Positions 11,099 to 20,628 of a stretch of DNA of 64,000 nt are shown here, piece after piece (positions within the stretch are counted from its first letter, which is position 1; the number at the start of each line of letters is the position of its first letter). This DNA comes from an uncultured Gemmatimonadaceae bacterium (GTDB lineage Bacteria > Gemmatimonadota > Gemmatimonadetes > Gemmatimonadales > Gemmatimonadaceae). A model generated the notes under the pieces. The model made no database searches, was not told where the DNA came from, and worked only from the letters and a program-made list of their open reading frames with translations. The position numbers and the translations under genes are program-made. The stretch is from contig CAWJMB010000002.1 of the NCBI GenBank assembly GCA_963843845.1, forward strand, positions 736,001 to 800,000. The letters run 5' to 3'.

Positions 11099-13900
11099 AT
11101 GTCCGACCCCTCGGTCGCCGCCCCGCCGCCCGCCGCGGGGCGCGCGGAGTTCCTCGAGCTCGTGCAGAGCCTCGACGCCATCGTGTGGGAGATGGACGCG
11201 CGCACCTGGCGCTTCACGTTCGTGAGCGACCGCGCCGAGCGCCTCCTGGGCTACCCGGTGCGGCGGTGGTACGACGAGCCGACGTTCTGGCAGGACGTGC
11301 TGCTCGACCCCGAGGACCGCGACTGGGCGGTGGACTTCTGCGTCACGGCCACGAACGAGGCGCGCGACCACGAGTTCCTGTACCGCGCGCGCCACGCCGA
11401 CGGGCAGGTGGTCTGGCTCAAGGACCTCGTGCGCGTCGTGCGCGACGAGGCCGGGGGGGCGCGACTGCTCCGCGGCGTGATGATCGACGTCACGAAGGAG
11501 CAGACCGCGGAGGCGCGTCACGGAGAGCTCGCCGGGATCCTCGACGCCGAGCGTGCGGCGCAGGCGGCGCTCGAGCGGAGCCAGGCGGACCTCCGCCTCG
11601 CGCTCGCCGCGGGGCGGATGGGGACGTGGGAGTGGGACATCGCCGGCGGGATCGTCCACTGGTCGCCCGAGGAGGAGGGGCTGTACGGGCTCACGCCCGG
11701 GAGCTTCGAGGGGACGGCCGAGGCGTACATGCGGCGCGTCCACCCCGACGACCGCGCCGAGGCGTGGCGGCTCGCCGAGGAGGCGCTCGCGCGGCGCGAC
11801 GAGGCGCACCACGTCCTGCACCGCGTCATCCGTCCCGACGGCGCGGTGCGGTGGCTCGAGTCGCACGGCCGCTTCGTCTACGACGCCGACGGCCGCCCGC
11901 TGCGCCTCGTCGGCGTGAGCGCGGACGTCACCGACCGCGTGCACTACCACCGCCTCCAGGACCGGCAGGACGAGATGCTCGCCGCGGTCGACGTGGGGGC
12001 GTGGTACTGCGACCTGCCGTTCGACGAGCTGCAGTGGGACCGCAAGGTGAAGGAGCACTTCTGGCTCGCGCCCGACGCGCGGGTCACGATCGAGACGTTC
12101 TACGAGCGGATCCACCCCGAGGACCGCGACCGCACGCGGCGCGCGATCGAGCGGTCGATCGCCGAGCGGACGCCGTACGACATCGAGTACCGCACGGTGG
12201 CGGCGGACGACGCGCCCGAGCCGGGCGCGGTGCGCTGGGTGCGCGCGATCGGCTACACGGGGTACGACCGGGCGGGGAACCCCGCGCGCTTCGACGGGAT
12301 CACCGTCGACGTGACGCCGCAGAAACGCGCCGCGGAGGCGCTGGCCGAGAGCGAGCGGCGCTACGAGTACGCGGCGCGCGCGACGAGCAACGCGATCTGG
12401 GACTGGGATCTCCTGACCGACCGCGTGCGGTGGAATCCCGGCGTGCACACCGTGTTCGGCTACGACGAGGGGGGGGTCGAGGAGACGGCGGGGTGGTGGT
12501 ACGAGCACATCCACCCCGACGACCGGGAGCGCGTCGTGGCGGGGATCCACGCCGTGATCGACGGCGCCGACGGCGGGCACGGCTGGACGGACGAGTACCG
12601 CTTCCGCCGCGTCGACGGCACGCACGCGACGGTGATCGACCGCGGCTACGTGGCGCGCGACGCGTCGGGGCGCTCGATCCGCATGATCGGCGCGATGGAG
12701 GACGTGACGGCGCGCCGCATCGCCGAGGCGGCGCAGCGCGAGGCGGCGGCGGCGGCGGAGCGGGCCCGCGCGTCGCTGCAGGACGTGTTCGAGCAGGCGC
12801 CGGCGGCGATCTCGGTGACCGAGGGGCCGGAGCACGTCACGGTGAGCCAGAACGCGGTGTCGCGGCAGATGATCGGCGGACGCAGCCTCGTCGGGCAGCG
12901 GCTGATCGACATCATGCCCGACGCCGCGGAGCAAGGGTTCCTCGCGCTCATGAACCGCGTCTACCAGACGGGGGAGCCGTTCGTGGGGAGCGAGATGCCG
13001 GTGCTCTTCGACTTCGACGGCGACGGGGTTGCGGAGGGGCGCTACTTCAACGTCGTGTACCAGCCGATGCGGCACCCCGACGGGAGGTCGCGCGGCGTCC
13101 TCACGCACGCCGTCGAGGTCACGGAGCAGGTGCGCGCTCGGCGCGAGGTGGAGCGGAAGGCGGCGGAGCTCGCGCGGCTCGCTGCGGCGCTCGAGCGGAG
13201 CAACCGCGATCTCGACCAGTTCGCGTACGTCGCCTCGCACGACCTCAAGGCGCCGCTCCGCGGGATCGCCAACCTCACGCAGTGGATCGAGGAGGACCTC
13301 GGCGAGCGCGTCACCGGCGAGTCGCGCGAGCACATGCGGCTGCTCAAGGGGCGCGTGCAGCGGCTGGAGGCGCTCATCGACGGCGTGCTCACGTACTCTC
13401 GCGCCGGCCGCGTGCGCGTCGCGCCGGAGCCGGTGGACCTCGGCGCGCTCGCGCGCGAGGTGGCGGAGCTCGTGAGCCCGCCGCCCGGCGCCCGTGTGGA
13501 GATCGCGCCCGACCTGCCGACGATCGTGGCCGAGCGCGTCCCGCTGCAGCAGGTGCTGCTGAACCTGATCGCCAACGGGTTGAAGTTCACGGCGGCCTAC
13601 CGCCCCGACCCGGTCGTCCGCGTGGGGTGGCGCGATGCGGGGGAGCACGTGGAGCTCACGGTGGCGGACAACGGCCCCGGGATCGCGCCGGAGTACCACG
13701 ACCGGATCTGGGGGATCTTCCAGACGCTCGAGGCGCGCGACAAGGTCGAGGGGACGGGGATCGGGCTGTCGGTCGTGAAGCGGATCGTCGAGACGCGCGG
13801 CGGGCGCGCGTGGCTGGAGTCGGCGCCCGGCGCCGGCGCGACGTTCCACGTCGAGCTGCCGAAGGACGCGCGCGCGAGCGACGTGGCCGACGAGCGCTGA
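11099..13900 (+). CDS. Multi-PAS (about 5 PAS/PAC) histidine kinase
   Basis: Repeated (I/V)HP(D/E)DR PAS motifs; FAYVASHDLKAPLRGI H-box; NLIANGLKF, DNGPGI, GTGIGL. Start trimmed to ATG 11099. Confidence 0.92.
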   Translation: MSDPSVAAPPPAAGRAEFLELVQSLDAIVWEMDARTWRFTFVSDRAERLLGYPVRRWYDEPTFWQDVLLDPEDRDWAVDFCVTATNEARDHEFLYRARHADGQVVWLKDLVRVVRDEAGGARLLRGVMIDVTKEQTAEARHGELAGILDAERAAQAALERSQADLRLALAAGRMGTWEWDIAGGIVHWSPEEEGLYGLTPGSFEGTAEAYMRRVHPDDRAEAWRLAEEALARRDEAHHVLHRVIRPDGAVRWLESHGRFVYDADGRPLRLVGVSADVTDRVHYHRLQDRQDEMLAAVDVGAWYCDLPFDELQWDRKVKEHFWLAPDARVTIETFYERIHPEDRDRTRRAIERSIAERTPYDIEYRTVAADDAPEPGAVRWVRAIGYTGYDRAGNPARFDGITVDVTPQKRAAEALAESERRYEYAARATSNAIWDWDLLTDRVRWNPGVHTVFGYDEGGVEETAGWWYEHIHPDDRERVVAGIHAVIDGADGGHGWTDEYRFRRVDGTHATVIDRGYVARDASGRSIRMIGAMEDVTARRIAEAAQREAAAAAERARASLQDVFEQAPAAISVTEGPEHVTVSQNAVSRQMIGGRSLVGQRLIDIMPDAAEQGFLALMNRVYQTGEPFVGSEMPVLFDFDGDGVAEGRYFNVVYQPMRHPDGRSRGVLTHAVEVTEQVRARREVERKAAELARLAAALERSNRDLDQFAYVASHDLKAPLRGIANLTQWIEEDLGERVTGESREHMRLLKGRVQRLEALIDGVLTYSRAGRVRVAPEPVDLGALAREVAELVSPPPGARVEIAPDLPTIVAERVPLQQVLLNLIANGLKFTAAYRPDPVVRVGWRDAGEHVELTVADNGPGIAPEYHDRIWGIFQTLEARDKVEGTGIGLSVVKRIVETRGGRAWLESAPGAGATFHVELPKDARASDVADER

Positions 13901-13973
13901 GGGGCGAGCGCTGAGGCGGCGGTCCGCGCGACGCCGCTTGCCGGCGCGCGGACCGCTCCGCACCTTCGCTCGC

Positions 13974-15761
13974 ATGCCCTCGCCCTCCTGCACTCTCCGC
14001 GCGACGCCCTCGCCGCGCGTCAGGCGCGTCGCGCTCGCCGCGGCGGCCGCGCTGGCGGCGCTGGCGGCGCTGGCGGCGCTGGCCGCGTGCGCGCCGGCCG
14101 CCACGCCGGGCTCCGGCCCCGCCGCGAGCCCGGCCCGGACGGGCACCTACGACGTCGTCATCGAGAACGGCCGGGTCGTCGACGGCACCGGCGCCGCGTG
14201 GTTCCACGGCGACGTCGGCGTCGTCGGCGACCGGATCGCGCGGATCGCGCCGCCGGGCGCGCTGCGCTCGGCGGCGGCGCGGCGGCGGATCGACGCGCGC
14301 GGGATGATCGTCGCGCCGGGGTTCATCGACATCCAGAGCGGCTCGTACGGCAGCTTCGTCGGCACGGGCGACGGGCGCTCGGTGAGCAAGATCGCCCAGG
14401 GGATCACGACCGAGATCATGGGCGAGGGGGGGACGCCGGCGCCGGTGAACCCCGCGGCGCAGACCACCGGGAGCTTCGCGTTGGGCAGCCGCGGCGCGAC
14501 GAGCTTCGCCGGCCCGCGCGGCTTCGGCGCCTGGCTCGACGCGATGGCGCGCCACGGCTCGGCGCCGAACGTCGGCTCGTTCGTCGGCGCGGCGACGGTG
14601 CGTGTCTACGCGAAAGGCGAGGCGCAGGGCGCGCCGACGCCGGCGGAGCTCGACACGATGCGCGCCGTCGTGCGGCGCGCGATGGAGGACGGCGCGTTCG
14701 GCATCGGCTCGGCGCTCATCTACCCGCCCGGCAACTACGCGACGACGGCCGAGCTGATCGAGATGGCGAAGGCGATGGCGCCGTTCGGCGGCGTCTACAT
14801 CACGCACATGCGCTCCGAGGGGGATCAGCTCCTCGAAGCGGTCGACGAGGCGATGCGGATCGGGCGCGAGGGGGGCGTGCCGGTCGAGATCTACCACCTC
14901 AAGGCGGCGGGGCGGCGCAACTGGCCGAAGATGGCGCAGGCGATCGCGCGGATCGACTCGGCGCGGCGCGCGGGGCTCGACGTGCAGGCGGACATGTACC
15001 CCTACCCCGCCGGCGGCACCGGGCTCTCGGCGTGCACGCCGCCGTGGGCGTCGGAGAACGGGCGGCTGATCGAGAACCTGCAGACGCCCGCGACGCGCGC
15101 GCGCGTGCGCGCCGAGATGCTGAGCGAGCAGACGGAGTGGGAGAACCTCTGCGCGCTCGCCTCGCCCGAGGGGGTGCTGCTGCTCGGCCTGCGCCAGCCG
15201 CAGCACGCGGGCTACGTGGGCAAGCGGCTCGGCGAGGTCGCGACGGCGATGGGGAAGGCGTGGCCGGACGCGGTGATGGATCTGCTGATCGCCGAGCGGC
15301 AGCGGATCGGCACGGTGTACTTCCTCATGAGCGAGGACAACGTGCGGCTCGGGCTGCGGCAGCCGTGGATGAAGTTCGGCACGGACGCCGGCGGCGCGGA
15401 CCCGGACAGCGCGCAGGGGACGCTGACGCACCCGCGCGCCTACGGCAACTTCCCGAAGATCATGGGGCAGTACGTGCGCGACGAGGGGGTGATGCCGCTC
15501 GAGGAGGCGGTGCGCAAGGCGACGTCGGCGGTCGCGACGCGGCTCGCGATCGGGGAGCGGGGGCTCGTGCGCGAGGGGTTCTTCGCCGACCTCGTGGTGT
15601 TCGACCCCGCGACGATCGCCGACCGCGCGACGTACGACCGGCCGCACCAGCTGCCGTCGGGGATCCCGTGGGTGCTCGTGAACGGCGTGCCGGTGGTCGC
15701 GGAGGGGAAGGCGACGGGGGCGACGCCGGGGCGCGTGCTGCGGGGGCGCGGGGCGCGTTAG
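13974..15761 (+). CDS. N-acyl-D-amino-acid deacylase family amidohydrolase, lipoprotein
   Basis: Lipobox LAAC; IENGRVVDGTG, APGFID, YITHMRSEG, IYHLK, ADMYPY, GTDAG, HPRAYGNFP, ADLVVFDP. Confidence 0.88.
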   Translation: MPSPSCTLRATPSPRVRRVALAAAAALAALAALAALAACAPAATPGSGPAASPARTGTYDVVIENGRVVDGTGAAWFHGDVGVVGDRIARIAPPGALRSAAARRRIDARGMIVAPGFIDIQSGSYGSFVGTGDGRSVSKIAQGITTEIMGEGGTPAPVNPAAQTTGSFALGSRGATSFAGPRGFGAWLDAMARHGSAPNVGSFVGAATVRVYAKGEAQGAPTPAELDTMRAVVRRAMEDGAFGIGSALIYPPGNYATTAELIEMAKAMAPFGGVYITHMRSEGDQLLEAVDEAMRIGREGGVPVEIYHLKAAGRRNWPKMAQAIARIDSARRAGLDVQADMYPYPAGGTGLSACTPPWASENGRLIENLQTPATRARVRAEMLSEQTEWENLCALASPEGVLLLGLRQPQHAGYVGKRLGEVATAMGKAWPDAVMDLLIAERQRIGTVYFLMSEDNVRLGLRQPWMKFGTDAGGADPDSAQGTLTHPRAYGNFPKIMGQYVRDEGVMPLEEAVRKATSAVATRLAIGERGLVREGFFADLVVFDPATIADRATYDRPHQLPSGIPWVLVNGVPVVAEGKATGATPGRVLRGRGAR

Positions 15762-15841
15762 GCACCCGCCGCAGGGTCGGGCGATCCAGTCGGACATCCA
15801 TGCGGCCGCACACGATCGGCCCCCCTCGCCACTCGCCCCAC

Positions 15842-17113
15842 GTGACGTCTCACTTCGCCTTCCGATCCTCACACGCCGACGGCTCCGCACGCCTCGGCGA
15901 GTTCACGACGCCGCACGGCACGGTCGAGACGCCGGCGTTCATGCCCGTCGGGACGCACGGCGCCATCCGCGGGCTGGCGATGGAGGAGGTCGCGGCCGTC
16001 GGCGGCCGGATGATCCTCGCGAACGCCTATCATCTGTACCTGCGCCCGGGCGACGCGCTCGTGCGCGCGTTGGGCGGGCTGCACGCGTTCACGCGGTGGG
16101 ACGGGCCGATGCTCACCGACTCGGGGGGTTTCCAGGTGTTCTCGCTCGCCAAGCTGCGGACGGTGCGCGAGGAGGGGATCGAGTTCCGCAGTCATCTCGA
16201 CGGCTCGCTGCACGCGTACACGCCGGAGCGCGTCATGGCGATCGAGCGCAACCTCGGCGCCGACGTCATCATGCAGCTCGACGAGCTGATCGCCGGCGGG
16301 GCGGACGTGCCGACGGCGCGCGCGGCGATGGAGCGCAGCCTTCGCTGGCTCGACCGGTGCCGCGTCGCGTTCGACGCGATCACCCGCGACGGCCGCGCGC
16401 CGCTCGCTGCGTCGGAGCCGTTGGACGCCGCGCCGCGCGCGCCGGCGTTCGCGCCGCCGCGGGGGACGGCCGCCGCGGCGCACGACGATCTCGCCGCGCC
16501 GCCGCAGGCGCTCTTCCCGATCGTGCAGGGCGGCACGCACGCGGCGCTCCGTCGCGAGTCGGTGCGCGGCATCCTGGCGGCCGGCGACTGGGAGGGGATC
16601 GCGATCGGCGGGCTCTCGGTCGGCGAGCCGAAGCCCGCGATGCACGGAACGCTCGAGACGTGCGACGCCGTGCTGCCGCGCGCGATCCCGCGCTACCTCA
16701 TGGGCGTCGGCTTTCCGGACGATCTCGTCGAGGGGGTGCGGCGCGGCGTCGATCTGTTCGACTGCGTCGCGCCGACGCGGATGGGGCAGGACGGCACGGC
16801 GTTCACGCCGGACGGCAAGGTGCAGATCCGGCGGAGCAGCTTTCGCACCGACCGGCGGCCGCTCGTCGACGGATGCGGCTGTCCGTGCTGCACGCGCTAC
16901 GACCGCGCGTACATGCGCCACCTCTTCGTCGCCCGCGAGACGCTGGGAGAGCGCCTGCTCGCGCTGCACAACCTCGCGTTCCTGATGGCGACGATGCGCG
17001 AGGCGCGCGCTGCGCTCGGTGCGGGAATGTTCGCCGGCTGGAGCGAGGCGTGGCTCGCGCGCTACCGGGCGAACGCGTGGGCCGCGCCGGCGGAGGAGGC
17101 GTCACCCTCATGA
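15842..17113 (+). CDS. tgt: tRNA-guanine(34) transglycosylase (queuine tRNA-ribosyltransferase)
   Basis: TPAFMPVGT, ANAYHLYLRPG, LTDSGGFQVFSL, IVQGG, GGLSVGE, PRYLMGVG, DLFDCV and Zn site CGCPCC...H. Start GTG 15842 or ATG 15800. Confidence 0.95.
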   Translation: MTSHFAFRSSHADGSARLGEFTTPHGTVETPAFMPVGTHGAIRGLAMEEVAAVGGRMILANAYHLYLRPGDALVRALGGLHAFTRWDGPMLTDSGGFQVFSLAKLRTVREEGIEFRSHLDGSLHAYTPERVMAIERNLGADVIMQLDELIAGGADVPTARAAMERSLRWLDRCRVAFDAITRDGRAPLAASEPLDAAPRAPAFAPPRGTAAAAHDDLAAPPQALFPIVQGGTHAALRRESVRGILAAGDWEGIAIGGLSVGEPKPAMHGTLETCDAVLPRAIPRYLMGVGFPDDLVEGVRRGVDLFDCVAPTRMGQDGTAFTPDGKVQIRRSSFRTDRRPLVDGCGCPCCTRYDRAYMRHLFVARETLGERLLALHNLAFLMATMREARAALGAGMFAGWSEAWLARYRANAWAAPAEEASPS

Positions 17114-17138
17114 CGTACGTCTCCTGCCCCGCGCCACG

Positions 17139-18011
17139 TCACTGCACGGCGCCACGTCGGAACCGCGCCTCGCCGCTGTCGACGTACGCGCGGTAGCCCG
17201 CCGGGTCGATGAACGGGTCGACGGGATTCCTGGCCGAGTCGCGCGCGACGAACTTGCGGTAGCGGCCCCAGAGTCGCGCGTGCGAGCTGACCCAGACGTC
17301 GGCGGGGAGGGCGCGCAGCCGGCGGAACGTGCGCTCGAAGTCGGCCGCCTGTCCCGGGTACGACATGCCGCCGAGCCGCACGAGGCTGCACGCGCTGACG
17401 ACGTGCAGCACGCGGTCGCCGTCGCGCACGTCGAACGACCACGTCGTGCAGCCGCGCGTGTGGCCGCCGGTGACGTGCGCCGCGAGCGCGATCGGCCCGA
17501 CGCGCACGGTGTCGCCGTCCCTGAAGCGGCCGTCGACGCGCGCCGGCGGGTAGCCGAGGACGCCGAGCCGGAAGAGCAGGCGCAACGGCCAGATCGCGTC
17601 CGGGTCCTCGCCGCCGGCCGCGATGACGCGGGCGCTCGCGTCGCTCGCCAGCAGCCGCGCGCCGCTCGCGCGCTGCAACTCGGCCAGCCCGCCGGCGTGG
17701 TCGGGGTGGGGCTCCGAGTTGAGCAGCACCTTCACGTCGCGAATGTCGACGCCGAGCCGGGCGATGCTCGCGAGGATGAGAGGGGGCGTGCCGGGATAGC
17801 CGCCGTCGATGAGGACGTGGCCGTTCGGGCCGGTGAGCAGGAAGGCCGCGACGTCGTTCGCGCCGACGTAGTAGAGGGTGCCCGCGATGCGGAACGGCTC
17901 GGCGGGACGCTGGCCGCCGCGGTCGCCGGCCGCCTTCCACGCGCGGAAGAGGAAGGCGGCGGCGACGAGCGCCGCGGCGGCGAGCACGATCAGTGCGCGG
18001 CGCCTGGTCAC
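17139..18011 (-). CDS. Subclass B3 metallo-beta-lactamase-like protein, E-x-H-x-D-H variant
   Basis: Signal-like N-terminus; PFRIAGTLYYVG, GHVLIDGG, LLNSEPHPDHAGG, GHTRGCTTW, DVWVSSH and C-terminal PFIDP. Confidence 0.85.
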   Translation of the reverse strand: MTRRRALIVLAAAALVAAAFLFRAWKAAGDRGGQRPAEPFRIAGTLYYVGANDVAAFLLTGPNGHVLIDGGYPGTPPLILASIARLGVDIRDVKVLLNSEPHPDHAGGLAELQRASGARLLASDASARVIAAGGEDPDAIWPLRLLFRLGVLGYPPARVDGRFRDGDTVRVGPIALAAHVTGGHTRGCTTWSFDVRDGDRVLHVVSACSLVRLGGMSYPGQAADFERTFRRLRALPADVWVSSHARLWGRYRKFVARDSARNPVDPFIDPAGYRAYVDSGEARFRRGAVQ

Positions 18012-18136
18012 GGCACGCGGGCGCCGGGGTCGCGTTCGGGGTACGTCGTCGAGCGGCCGCGGACGGCGAGGTGCATGGAAGCGGGGGCAGGTGCGCTAGC
18101 TTCGGAGCCGCGGCCAGACCGCGACGAGGAGAGATC

Positions 18137-19444
18137 ATGAATAAAGAACTTCGTATCGTAAAGTTCGGCGCGGCTGCGCGCAAGGCGGTGGGGCGGCCGG
18201 CGCGTGCCGGCGCCCGCGCCGCCGTGGTGGCGCTCGCCGCCGGCGCGTGTCTCGTCGCCGTCGCGTGCGCCGAGCGCGCGCAGTCGGCGGACGTGCCGCA
18301 GAACGGTGCCACGTCCGGCGCGGGCGCGCGGCGCGTCGTCGACTCGCAGCCGCCACGCCCGCCGGTCGACTCGTTCGCCGCCGCGGCGCGGGCGACCGCG
18401 TTCGACACGACGCCGCTGCCCCCGCGCACTGCCCCGCCGCCGAACGCGACCCCGGCGGCAGGCGCGGCGGCCGGCGCGGCGGCGGGCGCGGCGGCGGGGG
18501 CGGCGGCCGGCGCGGCGGCGACTCCGGCAGCGACGCCGGCAGCGACGCCGCCCCGCAAGGCGAGCGTCGTCGAAGGACCGAAGGCGGGCGACCGCCACGT
18601 CGCGTTCCGCGACGTCGGCAGCGACCTCGACTCGCTCTGGCCGGTGAAGACGCCGCCGCCGCTTCCCGGGTCGATCCTCCCGGCGCGGCGCATCGTCGCC
18701 TACTACGGCAACCCGAAGTCGACGCGCATGGGCGTCCTCGGCGCGCTGCCCCCCGACTCGATGCTCGCGAAGCTCGACGAGGAGGTCGCGGCGTGGACGC
18801 GGCTCGACCCGGCGCATCCGGCGCAGCCGGCGCTGCACCTCATCGTCCTCGTCGCCGACGCCCGGCCGGGAACGACGGGGCTGTACCGCACGCGCCACGA
18901 CAGCGCGATGATCGAGCAGGTGTATGGCTGGGCGCGGAGCCGCAACGCGCTGCTCTTCCTCGACCTCCAGGTCGGACGGAGCACGCTCCAGCACGAGCTG
19001 CCGTGGATCGAGAAGTTCCTCGTTCGCCCAGACGTGCACCTCGGCATCGACCCCGAGTTCTCGATGAAGAACGGCGGCGTTCCGGGGCGCCGCATCGGGA
19101 CGTACGACGCGGCCGACGTCAACTACGCGTCGCGCTTCCTCGCCGCCCTCGTACGGAAGCACGCGCTGCCGCCGAAGATCCTCGTCGTGCACCGCTTCAC
19201 GCCGGGCGGCGTCACGAATGCGTCGAAGATCGCGCTCGACCCGGCCGTGCAGATCGTCATGCACATGGACGGCTTCGGGCCGCCGTGGATGAAGCGTGAC
19301 ACGTACTGGCGCGACATCAAGCGCGAGCCGGTGCAGTTCGCCGGCTGGAAGCAGTTCACGAAGCTCAAGAACGACCGCCCGCCGACGCCGCGCTCGGAGA
19401 TCCTGCGGCTGTGGCCGGCGCCGCTCTACATCCAGGTTCAGTGA
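18137..19444 (+). CDS. Putative lipoprotein of unknown function with Ala/Gly/Pro-rich linker
   Basis: SD GAGGAG before ATG 18137; hydrophobic segment ending VAC; low-complexity linker; globular domain RIVAYYGNP...LDLQVGRS...HLGIDPEF...MDGFG. Confidence 0.75.
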   Translation: MNKELRIVKFGAAARKAVGRPARAGARAAVVALAAGACLVAVACAERAQSADVPQNGATSGAGARRVVDSQPPRPPVDSFAAAARATAFDTTPLPPRTAPPPNATPAAGAAAGAAAGAAAGAAAGAAATPAATPAATPPRKASVVEGPKAGDRHVAFRDVGSDLDSLWPVKTPPPLPGSILPARRIVAYYGNPKSTRMGVLGALPPDSMLAKLDEEVAAWTRLDPAHPAQPALHLIVLVADARPGTTGLYRTRHDSAMIEQVYGWARSRNALLFLDLQVGRSTLQHELPWIEKFLVRPDVHLGIDPEFSMKNGGVPGRRIGTYDAADVNYASRFLAALVRKHALPPKILVVHRFTPGGVTNASKIALDPAVQIVMHMDGFGPPWMKRDTYWRDIKREPVQFAGWKQFTKLKNDRPPTPRSEILRLWPAPLYIQVQ

Positions 19445-20127
19445 AGCCGTTCGAGCGACTCGGCGAGGCGCGAACGCCGGACGGCAGCGTGCTCACGCTC
19501 TACCGGCACGACGGCTCGTATCTCATCTGCGCGAACGGCATCGAACTCATGTCGACGCGGCGCCACCTCTCCGAGGACCGGCTGGCCGAGGTCGCCTGCG
19601 AGCCGCTCCGAGAGCGCGCCGGCGCGCGCGTGCTGATCGGCGGGCTCGGGCTCGGCTTCACGCTGCGCGCCGCGTTAGGCACCCTGCCGGCGGACGCCGA
19701 GGTCGTGGTGGCGGAGCTCGTGCCCGAGGTGATCGCGTGGAACACCGATCCGCGCTACGCGCTGTCCGGCGAGGCGATCGGCGACCCGCGGGTGCGCGTG
19801 GTGTGCGACGACGTGTCGAACGTGCTCGCCGCGAACGCGGACGGGTTCGACGCGATCATGCTCGACACCGACAACGGACCGGACGGGATGTTGATGTCCG
19901 AGAACGCGCGGCTGTACGCGGCGCGCGGCGTCGAGCGGACGGTGGCCGCGCTGCGCGACGGGGGGCGGATCGTGTACTGGTCGGTCGGCGACGACCCGCG
20001 ATTCGTGCGCGCGCTGCGGCGCGCCGGCCTCCGCGTGGAGACGCTGCGCGTGCGCGCGCACGACACCGTCCGCTCGACGCACACGCTCTACGTGGCGACG
20101 CCGATGCGGCAGCGGCCTAACGCGTAG
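19441..20127 (+). CDS. Spermidine synthase-like SAM-dependent methyltransferase
   Basis: GTG overlaps the upstream stop (GTGA); ELMSTR, RVLIGGLGLGFTL, FDAIMLDTDNGP. Confidence 0.85.
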   Translation: MKPFERLGEARTPDGSVLTLYRHDGSYLICANGIELMSTRRHLSEDRLAEVACEPLRERAGARVLIGGLGLGFTLRAALGTLPADAEVVVAELVPEVIAWNTDPRYALSGEAIGDPRVRVVCDDVSNVLAANADGFDAIMLDTDNGPDGMLMSENARLYAARGVERTVAALRDGGRIVYWSVGDDPRFVRALRRAGLRVETLRVRAHDTVRSTHTLYVATPMRQRPNA

Positions 20128-20628
20128 CACTGCTCCGCCGCACCTCGCCAGCGGTCGCCTGGCGCGGATGCGAGCACTCGCCATGCGGACGCGCCGCACG
20201 GCGCCAGCGCCTCCGGTCGTCGGGCACGTCGCCTGGTTCGCGCGCGACGGTCCCGAGCGCGGAGCAGGCGATGGACTGCCGCCCGACGCGGACGGGGCGC
20301 GATGTCGCGAACCGTGCCGTCGCGCGTGCGGAGATGCGCGCGTGGCCCGCCATTGCGGGTGTGGCGGGTGCCGGTATATTCGCGGCCGCGCGCCTGATCG
20401 ACTCCCACCCGGTCGCCGGCTCGCCGCTGCCGATACCCCCGCCTGCCACGCGGCGCCACGTCGCGGCCGCCGGCCTCCCTCCACGGGCTGTTCCAGGATG
20501 CGTGCGGCACCGGGCTGCCGCGCGTCGGGTTCCGCTGGCTGACGCGACGGGGCAGCGCCGCGCCGGCCGGGCACTGCCCCAACGCACGCGAGCACGCCGA
20601 CCCTTCGGCGACTCGGCGGTTCGGCCCC

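Noticed and set aside
11099..13900. Bacteriophytochrome or LOV photoreceptor
   Set aside because: No DIP/PHY or GxNCRFLQ motif; only the kinase core resembles that class.
14087..17113. Apparent large fusion ORFs in the track (14087-17113, 9461-13900, 32051-36019, 95-3106)
   Set aside because: The N-terminal parts are off-frame overlaps of upstream genes; real starts are internal.
15842..17113. tgt as a DpdA-like DNA-modifying enzyme linked to the R-M island
   Set aside because: Canonical tRNA-TGT motifs, about 10 kb from the island, no dpd or que neighbours.
18450..18550. Ala/Gly 12-bp repeats in the lipoprotein, and TPGA/TPAS repeats in the kinase (56520-56580)
   Set aside because: Ordinary low-complexity linker expansions.
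20128..20628. ORFs or RNA in the gaps flanking the orphan peptidase (20128-20628, 21817-22205)
   Set aside because: No recognisable protein motif, promoter-plus-structure combination or repeat found by eye.
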